Below, piece after piece: positions 53,880 to 64,000 of a stretch of 64,000 nucleotides of DNA (the first letter of the stretch is position 1; each line of letters opens with the position of its first letter). Location: positions 33,379-97,378 of the forward strand of contig CAXHJY010001656.1 in NCBI GenBank assembly GCA_964016885.1, written 5' to 3'. The position numbers were made by a program, and so were the translations under genes. The notes beneath the pieces are model-generated. The model worked only from the letters and a program-made list of their open reading frames with translations, was not told the DNA's origin and made no database searches. Origin of the DNA: Eledone cirrhosa (lineage: Eukaryota).

Positions 53880-54786
53880 TTATGTATGTGTGTATACGTG
53901 TGCATGTTTGCAAGCATAATAAAGAAGTTTCTATGTATAATAGAGAAGTTTCTATGTATGTATATGTATATTTATGTATGTATATGTATATTCTATGTAT
54001 GTATATGTATATTTTCTATGTATATTTATGTATGTGTGTGTATATATATATATATATCCAAACCCATGCTAGCCTGGAAGATGGACGTTAAACGATGATG
54101 ATGATGATGATATGGTGTGTGTGTGTTTGCATGCATAATAAGGAAGTAGTAGATAAAAAAATAAAAGAAATAAAGCCTTGTTTGAATAATTGTTAAAGAT
54201 GGGTTGGTGGTGAGAATTTAAAGGAGAGAGAAAGAAAACAACCTTTGTTATAATAAAAATGGCAGGTGTAAAGTTATTGTGGGTCTAAGAAACAATGTTG
54301 TTGTTGCTGTTGTTGTTGCTGTTATAAAAACACAGTTTGGGGGTAGATTGAGAGAGTTGATGGTGGAAGATAACTGCTGAGATAACTTTCTGGATACCAA
54401 GAGATGATGAAGAAGAGTGAGCAGTGGTGGTGGTGGTGGTGGTGGTGATGGTGGTTTGTAGTGGTCTTGGTGGTGGTGGCTTGTGGTGATGGTGGCTTGT
54501 AGTGGTTGTGGTAGTGGTGGTGGAGGTGGCTTGTGCTGATGGTGGTGGTGGCATGTGCTGGTGGTGGTAGTGGTGGTGGTGGTCTTGGTGGTGGTTGTGG
54601 AGTCAAGAAGTGGTAGTGGTTTGTGGTGTTTGTGGCTTGTGGTGGTGGCTTGAGGTGGTGGTACTGATGGTGGCTTATGGGAGATCAAAATCTGTTTGTA
54701 CATGTGTTTGTGCTTGTATACATCTATATGTATGCTTGTGTGTTCCTGTGTATGGATATATGTATATATATTTGTGTACGTGGTAA

Positions 54787-55390
54787 ATAATAATTGTTTC
54801 TACTTTTGGCACAAGGCCAGCAAATTACCAGTGCGTTACTGGTACTTTATTTTATCGATCCCGGAAGGATGAAAGGCAAAGTTAACCTCGGCGGGATTTG
54901 AACTCAGATCATACAGGGAGGTAACTCTATGCTTCAAAGCATGGCGTCCGACCCTCTACTGATACTGCCAATCCACCGCCTTCGTGGTAAATAATAAATA
55001 ATAATTGTTTCTACTTTTGGCACAAGGCCAGCAACTACCCAGTACATTACTGGTACTTTATTTTATCGACCTCGTAAGGATGAAAGGCAAAGTTAACCTC
55101 GGCGGGATTTGAACTCAGATCGTAAAGGGACGTAACTATGCTGGAAAGCATGTCCAACCCTCTACCGATACTGCCAATTCACCGAATGGTTTATGATTTA
55201 GGCACAAGGCCACAATATTAGGAGAGGGGAAAGTTTATTAAATTGACCACTGGTACTTTATTCTATTGACTCCCTAAGGATGACAGGCAAAGTCAACCTC
55301 GGCTGGATTTGAACTCAGAATGCAAAGGGCCATAACTCTATGCTACAAAGCATAGTGTCTGATGTTCTGTTACTCCCAAACCACCGCCCT
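54787..55390 (-). mobile_element. Stack of three SINE family A copies
   Basis: The first copy is flanked by cgtggtaaataataat direct repeats (~54779 and ~54983). Confidence 0.92.
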
Positions 55391-57599
55391 AATCAACATC
55401 ATCATCATCATCGATTAACCTCCATCTTCCACGCTAGCATGGGTTAGACGGGTCCTATTTCGAGGCAAGTTTTGTCGGGTGACAGTGTCTCACTCATATA
55501 GCTTTTCTACAGCTGGATGCCCTGACTAACGCCAAATAATAGTGATGATAAATTTTTTTCTACTTTTGGCACAAGGCCAGCAATTATCCCAGTGCATTAC
55601 TGGTACCTATATAATAATAAAAATAATTTTATCAGCCACAAGGGTGCAAGATGGGGCAATATACAAAGATGCAAAACAGATCAAAACAAATTTGGGTTTA
55701 CATTGAGTAAAGAAGGGAAGAGGAAATCAATAAAAGAAAAGTGAATTTAGAAAAAACTTATGAAGAAAAGTAATGGTTTGTTATTGGTAGTAGTAGTAGT
55801 TGTGGCAATAGTGGTAGTGTTAGTAGTAGTGTAAGGAATTAGGAAAAAAGTCTTGAGATTGTATTGAATGAATTTCGGAAAACTGCCAAGAAAGAACCTG
55901 GAATAAAAATAAAAATGACCTCTTTTATTGAAAGAAAGAATAAGTTTGGGAAATTGGTTACCCAAGATAGCAGTTCTCAATGTTTTCACTACCAAGGATC
56001 CTTTTTATTTAAATGTAATTTTTCATGGAACCCCTTTAATATAATTACTCTCCCATACGTGGAGAATAATTGAAACCATGTTGATATGAAAACACTATAT
56101 TTACCTGTAAACCTCCATTGTTATTTTATGTAAGAACCTTTGTTATGTTCTAAACACCAGATCAACTCTTAACCCTTTAGCATTTTAACCGGCCATAATT
56201 CTCTTTCTTCTTTCTGTTCAAACCGGCTGTAACCAGCCACTCATACAGATGTTAAGGTATTATTCTCAAAATAAATTATATCAAAATCTCATAGATTCAC
56301 TATTATGTGAGATAATTATGTAAGGTAAAGCTTTTACCATGAAAATACAATAGTAAATATAGAGTAATGTAAATGCTAATAGGTTAATGCCATGCACTAC
56401 ATGAAACTGTTATTGTCATCGTTTAACATCCACTTTCTCTGCTCTTTAGGGTTGGATGTGTCTACATAAACCAAGTCATTATTTTATGTAACAACATTTG
56501 TTATGTACCAAAAACTCTTGATTAACTCTTGATGTTATGTACCATATGAAACAGTCATCATCATTGTTAACATTTGCTTTCCCTGTTAGCAAGGGTTGGA
56601 CAGGTTTACATAGACCAAGTCAGTACTGAAGTGGAGCTACTGACCTCCCAGGGTCCTTTCAACTATTTGTTTGGCAAGCTTTCTATGGCTGGATGTCCTT
56701 CCTATCACCAACTGTATTAACAGTTAAAACAATACCCTGACAACATCCCATTAAATATTAAAGTCTTTACTTTAATACTGCAAATTTTAACAGTGATCTG
56801 TCCTCTAGTTAAGGCACTATAAACATTTAAATTACTAAACTCAAGTTTTAAAATAGTTTCTGCTAAATCATGTTAAGAGTTAACAAGAAGAAAGTCAGTT
56901 AATTTACCAAATCCTTTCAAATTCTATATATTCAAATGAAAGACAGTGTCTTTCATTAGAAATATGGTAATAAAAGGGTTAAATAATAATAATTTCTGTC
57001 ATATTATATTTAGAACCTTGTCTCAATTCCCCAGTGGAACTGCCTTGCTCTCTACCTATCTTATTGATGTTATTGTGAAAGGGTTGCAGATTTCAGTTTC
57101 CCATTGCTCATTTTATATATATATAGCTATTAAAATTTTGAGCTTCATTTATTATGGATACACACAGATAGAATGCTATAGAATACTGCTTATAATTTGA
57201 TCCTTAGAATTTCAATGTTCAACTTAGCTTGCTATTCTCCTGAGTTCAATTTAATTGACTTACTGTATGGAATCATCTTTGACACTCATTAATTTTATCA
57301 TCATAATCATTAGCAACAGGACCTTTGGTTTATTAACATTTCTTTTCATTCTGATAGAAAGCTACATTTACAAACTTATCTGTCCTTCTCTCTTCTTTCT
57401 CTGAACCTCTCTTTCCTTCTCTCTCACATTTATTCTTATTTACTCACTCTTTTGTTTGTTTTCTTTTTTTACACTCTTCTTATTCTGTATTATGTTCTGT
57501 ATTATGCCCTTTCATTTGTTAAACTTGAACTCTTTGTTGTAACTTTTCATGAGCTCTCATCATTAATTCTGTTGGGCCTTCGTCGATTCCAACAATGAA

Positions 57600-57770
57600 T
57601 GTTTCAGTTGTTTAAATAATGGTACAGCCTGCTTGTGAAATTAATATACACATGGCTGACCATTTCACAGACACATGTACCCTTAATGTAGTTCTCATGG
57701 AGATTCAGCTGACACAGTGTATGACAAGGCTGGCTCTTTGAATTGAAACTACAACCTATTTTTGCCAGTT
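57600..57770 (-). mobile_element. Interspersed repeat family D (SINE-like), providing the empty site for Helitron copy 1
   Basis: Its reverse complement aligns with 19045-19102 joined to 19541-19615. Relatives near 37400-37500, 50590-50710 and 63250-63400. Confidence 0.7.
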
Positions 57771-59039
57771 GAGTGTGGATATCTTCCTCCCATTAGTCTT
57801 GGAGGCTCTGTAAATGGTAATGGGCACTATCTCTACCTTCCAGATTAATCAGTAAAGAATAAACAAACAGAAAGTGGTTGAGTACTTCCAAACCAAATCA
57901 GCACAACACAATATTTGACAGGGTTGGACCTTGAAATTACAGTTACAATCCATCCGATGGACTTCCATATGGTTTCTGACTACCCAATTTCACTTACAAG
58001 GCTTGAATCAACCAAAAGCGTAGGGTGAAAGTACTTGCCCAAAATGCCAATAAGTGAGATCGAGCCCCACGATCACATGGTTTGGAGCGAATTTCTTAAC
58101 CATTCAGTTATGCTTGCCTTAATATAACAGTGCATGTGAGAAACAGTAGAGAATTGAATGGTCAGTTTAATTGTGCTGATTTTTGGTTTTCTTCCTTTAT
58201 GATTTGAGTTCAAATCTTGATTTGAGTCAACTTTGCCTTTCATAATTTCTGGGTTATGTCTTGAATAAAAGGCTGACATAATCGATTATAGCCGTGAAGG
58301 TGATAACCCTTGCAATACCCCAATCCAGAGACTGAAACCAGTGTTAACACCAGCAATATCACAAACTAGTAACTGAAACCAGTGAAATAGTAAAAGATTT
58401 AGAGTTCAAATGAGTCAAGAAATTTTCATATTTTTAAAAAGCTTTCCTTATCATTTTTTTTATTTCTATTTATATAGAGAAGGAATAGTAGTGTCTATGA
58501 CCATTTTCAGAGCCTCTAAAACTGGTGGGAAGGAGGAAGGGATGAAGGAGGATATCCTCAAACTGGCGACTTGACTTGAATACTTGCAACAGGGAAGGAA
58601 GGACCTTTTTCAGAGACTATGACTAATGAGACAGAGTAAGGCACTCTCAAACAGGAAACCTGGCTCAAGTGTTTGCAAAATTTTGCTAAAGTTTCTAAGG
58701 CTTTGTGGTGGTGGTGTTAAACCCTGATGATGGACTAAGCTTTACCATCATTGAAGTAGGCCATGAAAGAACCAAAACAAATACCTGAAGCCTTCCTCCT
58801 GTCCAACTCTCTAATAATTTCACCAATCCACCTTTGACTGGTATTTATTTATCAATCTAGGATGGATGAAAGGCAAAGTTGACCTCAGTGAGATTTGAAC
58901 TGAAAATGCAAGGAGCCAGAATAAACATCAGAAGACATTTTGTCTGACATTCTAACAATGTCTGGCAATTTGCAGCCTGACTAGAGAATCATAAGATAAA
59001 TTAACACTAACTCTTTACTAACATAAAGAACCTTCATTA

Positions 59040-59316
<277 letters not shown>

Positions 59317-59567
59317 TAATACTTTCAAATTGACTCTTTTCCCACAGCCATGACAAACAAGCTTCCCTTGGCATTTTAACACACACACTGATATACATAC
59401 ATGCACAGACACACACATACATAGCACACTGAGACACACACATACTGACACAAAGACATACATACATAGGCACATACACATTGACACACTCCACACTGTG
59501 GTGGTGTGGAATGCAGTTAAGTCTTTTATTTGCTAGAGCTTCTGAGTACAAAGAAGAATGGTAGAAG

Positions 59568-59619
<52 letters not shown>

Positions 59620-59762
59620 CACTTACAATGATATATAAATGTATGTGTTTATATGTATATATATTATATATACATATATATGCATGTGTGTATATGTATG
59701 TATATGTATATATATATATATGTGTGTATGTATGTATATATATATATATATGTGTGTATGTG

Positions 59763-59807
<45 letters not shown>

Positions 59808-59818
59808 GTGTGTGTGTG

Positions 59819-59868
<50 letters not shown>

Positions 59869-60296
59869 TGTGTATATATATATATATATATGTAATGTGT
59901 ATATGTATATATATATGTGTGTGTGTGTGTGTCCCTAAAAGATAAAGGGCCTTTTATTTATGTATTTTCCTAAGTAGTTTAAGAGGTGAATATAAATTTC
60001 ATGGTCACTGGATCTAAATGTTTATTTTGGCTGGATTTGAACTCTGCTTCAGAAGAGGTTAAAAGGAAATGACAACAAGTAGACATGTCAGGGTTTCATG
60101 ACCCCATTGGCTGAGCACTGGACTGAATCTGTAATCAGATTGAGTTAAGAGTAGTAGTTAATCATGGGCATTGCTGGTAATAGCTGATTCCTAGGGCTGA
60201 CCTCCCCTCCCTCTTTCATGCTACTGCCATAAACACTAGTTATAATAGTGTTGGTGGGGTAGTGGTGAGAGTGGGAGGGATAATATAATGATATGA

Positions 60297-60842
60297 ATAA
60301 TAATTGTTTCTACTTTTGGCACAAGGCCAGCAATTATCCAGTGAATTACTGGTACTTTATTTTATCGACCCCGTAAGGATGAAAGGCAAAGTTAACCACG
60401 GCGGGATTTGAACTCAGAATGGCAAGGGCCGTAACTCTATGCATCAAAGTATGACGTCCGACCCTCTACCTATACTGCCAATCCACCGCCCTAATATGAA
60501 TAATAATAATTGTTTCTACTTTTGGCACAAGGCCAGCAATTATTCCAGTGTATTACTGGTACTTTATTTTATCGACCCTGTAAGGTTTATCGACCCTGTA
60601 AGGATGAAAGGCAAAGTTAACCTCGGCGGGATTTGAACTTGGATCGTAAAGGGTCGTAACTCTATGCTGCAAAGCATGGCGTCTAACCCTCTACTGATAC
60701 AGCTAATCCACCACCCTAATGATGATAATAATAATTGTTTCTACTATTGGCACAAGGCCAGCAATCATCCAGTACATTACTGGTACTTTATTTTATCGAC
60801 CCTGTAAGGATGAAAGGCAAAGTTAACCTCGGCGGGATTTGA
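60297..60842 (-). mobile_element. Stack of three SINE family A copies
   Basis: atatgaataataat direct repeat flanks the first copy. The second has an internal duplication of tttatcgaccctgtaagg. Confidence 0.92.
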
Positions 60843-61043
60843 TAGTTTCTAATTTAGGCACAAGGCTTGCAATTTCAGAGTGTCAGGCATCACTTTCAAT
60901 TAGTAATTAATTTCTTTTTAAGCCTGGTACTTATATTATCAATCTTGATTTAGTTGTACTGCTAAGTTACAGGATATAAACACATATTGAATTGAAAACA
61001 CAGACTAACATATATAGATACATACATAGATATATACATTATA

Positions 61044-61210
61044 CAGTGAAATATGTTATAATGAAATTCACGTGGTATAAAAAAATTAGTTGTAACAAGA
61101 TCGACTGAAACAAATCAAGCTTTTGTTTGTTATTACCTCGGGATTGAAAAAGATCTTGTTATACTGAAAAATTTGTTATAATGGTATTTGTTATAATGGA
61201 ATTTTACCTG
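61044..61210. mobile_element. TA-flanked Tc1/pogo-type MITE
   Basis: TA-cagtgaaatatgttataatga ... tgttataatggaattttacctg-TA, with internal gttataa repeats. Confidence 0.65.
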
Positions 61211-61802
61211 TATTAAAAAAAAATATTTAGTCTATCCCAAGTTTAGTAGTCCAGTGCTTATCCCTGGTTTCATTCTTCATCAACATTAAGTGGATGAGAG
61301 CACAAGATTCTCTTCTCAACAGGATGTCAGTCCATTGTCAGGTTAACTTTGAATTTCTGCTGGTACACCTTTTCAGCTGAGTGTACTGGAGTATCTTAAA
61401 ATGAAGTGTTTGCTTAATGACACAGCACACCAACTGGTACAGGAATTGAACCTATGACATTATCATTGTAAGTCAAACACCTTAACTACAACTACAAGGT
61501 TATACTTATCTGATGGGCTTCTACATTTTCTGCCAACCAAATTCCACTTGCAAGGCATGTCAACTGAAGGCTATAGTAGAAAATACTTGCTGAAGGTTCT
61601 GTGTAGTGGGGGCTGAACCCAGAACCATGCGGTTGAGAAGTGAACACCTTAATTACATAAACATAACAGTTAGATATATTTACATCTATAAAACCTCTGG
61701 AAAAGCACAAATAAGTCAATCTATTGATACAATATTATCAACTTCATTATTATTTGTTGGTTGGTCTTTACATTTGTTTGTAGCTGCATCTGCATATATA
61801 AA

Positions 61803-61996
61803 CATGCACATAATGTTGACACTATACCTGCGCCTGCATAGATACACATGCACATAATGTTGACACTATACCTGCGCCTGCATAGATACACATGCACACA
61901 ATGTTGACACTGTACCTGCACCTGCATAGATACACATGCACACAATGTTGACACTATACCTGCGCCTGCATAGATACACATGCACACAATGTTGAC
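61803..61996. repeat. 44-bp minisatellite, ~4.4 copies
   Basis: Unit catgcacataatgttgacactatacctgcgcctgcatagataca. Confidence 0.95.
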
Positions 61997-62106
61997 GGGA
62001 TGTGGCAGTTGTCTTATCGTTGTTGCGGCACATTTAAAATATCAACTTCTCTCATGTTTCATAAAAAAATATTATCTGGATAAAAATCACTCCAAATAAT
62101 AATTAG

Positions 62107-62726
62107 TGGTTTCTAATTTAGGCACAAGGCCAGCATTGTTGAGGGGGAAGGCGAAGTCAAATTGACCCCAATATTAGACTGGTATTATATTTTATCAACC
62201 TTAGGAGGATGTAAAACAAAGCTGATCTCAGCAGGATTTTAACACGGAGGATGAAGAGCAGAAACAAATTCTGTAAAGTATTCTGTTTGGGACTCTTAAT
62301 AATAATGATTTCTAATATAGGCACAAGGCCAGCAATTTGGGGAGGGGGTTGATTAAATCAACCCCAGTACGTTACTGGTGCTTTATTTTATCGACCCCAT
62401 AAGGATGAAAGGCAAAGCTAACATTGACAGGATTTGAACACAAACCGTAAAGGACCATTACTCAATGCTGCGAAGCATGGTGTTCGACGCTCTACCGATT
62501 CTGCCAATCCACAAAAGTAATGGTTTCTTAAATAGGCACAAGGCCAACAATTTTGGGGGAGAGGAAAGTCGATTAAATCGACCCCAGTGTGTGACTGGTA
62601 CTTTATTTTATTGACCCTATACGGATGAAAGGCAAAGTTAACCTTGGCGGGATTTGAACTCAGATCATAAAGGGCTGTAACTCTATGCTGCAAAGCATGG
62701 CGTCCAACCCTCTACCGATACTGCCA
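62107..62726 (-). mobile_element. Stack of three SINE family A copies of different ages
   Basis: Three tttctaa..aggcacaaggcc..aaggatg..aaag units. Confidence 0.9.
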
Positions 62727-63597
62727 AAATAATAATGATAATGATTTCTTTTTAACCACAAAGTGTTCATAAAAAGCACATTAAGGACGGTATACTAGGA
62801 GATAGTATGGTTTTATGCAAATACAGGGAAAAAGGAAGATAAGAAAAACAAAATAATTATTACAGTAATTACTACAATTGTGAAAGCAATAATAATAATA
62901 ATGATGATGATGAGCAGCAGAATATGTAGAAGCAGCTGCCTAAGATCTGGATCTGCTTGGCTTGGCCATTGAAATAGGGAAGAGGAGGGATAAGCTTCAT
63001 TTATTCTCTTATGGTTTGTTTGTTTCTTTTCACTTCTGATGAGCTTATATACAGAATATAGCTGTTTCTTATATTGATGATGATGATAGCTGAGTGGTTA
63101 AATGTTTGCTTTACAATCATGAGGTTCTGGGTTTGATCCCTCGGCATGGTATCTTTGGCAAGTATCTTTACCATAGCCGCAGGTTAACCCAAGCCTTGGG
63201 ATTGAAAATAGGTTGTCAGAAATTGTGTGCAAACCTGTTGGGTTGATTATACCTGTAATTTAAAGGTCCAATATTGTTACATGTTGGATCAAACTCATGT
63301 GGTTGTGAAGGAATACTCAACCAGTTAGAAGCTAATTCATTAATCAAATAGCTCAGTTGATCAAACAACTGAATGCTCATTTTTGAAAGTAATGGAGGAA
63401 CCATGATCAGCATAATGGTGTTTGTTATTGTTATTGTTTAAGCCAAGCTCACAGATCTACCATTATAAGGTATTCCAGCCATGACCAACGTGCCTTTATT
63501 TTTTTTTTTCAGACACTATATCTAAAACCATATTTGAAGGAGATATGTCTTATATTTTTTGTAGATCAATTAACAATGTCAAAACTCATTGGTAGTG

Positions 63598-63638
<41 letters not shown>

Positions 63639-64000
63639 TGTAACGCTTTGAAGGAGCCTCTGTATGGTTGCTTGATTTGCTAGAAATACCAGCCAGATCA
63701 GTAAGAGATTACACTTAATTATCACAGGAAAAAAAGAAGAAAAGATAATGTGGACCTAGAAACCCTTAAAAAGATTGGATGGTCATATTTGGAAAGCCTT
63801 TCATCATAAGTTTGCTTGATCAGAGTTGTCTTGGTGCTACACAACAAAAGCAATAAAAACATGCATTTCTATGTATCTGTGTACACCCCCCCCCCCCATG
63901 TCGTACACACAAACACACACATACACATACACGGATGTCCCAAAACTAAACTAAAAAAACCACCAAAAAAAAAAAAAAAAAAAAAAAACTAAACTAGTAT

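Noticed and set aside
52554-54703. Poly-Ser, poly-His/Thr and poly-Val/Gly ORFs
   Set aside because: They come from (CTA)n and (GGT)n low-complexity DNA, with no splice or domain support.

Overview
This is AT-rich, microsatellite-dense eukaryotic genomic DNA. The SINE families and huge (TA)n arrays are typical of an octopus-like cephalopod genome (inference). I found no intact protein-coding gene, and every long ORF in the track is a translated microsatellite. The window holds at least 35 copies of several tRNA-derived SINE families, RTE LINE fragments, a degenerate pogo/Tigger transposase, TA- and TTAA-type MITEs, two copies of a non-autonomous Helitron and several minisatellites. The most interesting signal is a set of small elements lodged in (TA)n tracts. 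(i) Minimal type I hammerhead ribozyme motifs of the Penelope kind; the one at 1581-1659 keeps all core nucleotides. (ii) A hairpin-plus-tail family whose two arms co-vary copy by copy around a GTTTC/GAAAC core. (iii) A duplicated ~400-bp bipartite RTE derivative that keeps a C2H2 zinc-finger mini-ORF. A change in CpG content and SINE orientation near 30-32 kb, with two candidate minus-strand exons, suggests a promoter region. All coordinates were read by eye and are approximate to a few bases.
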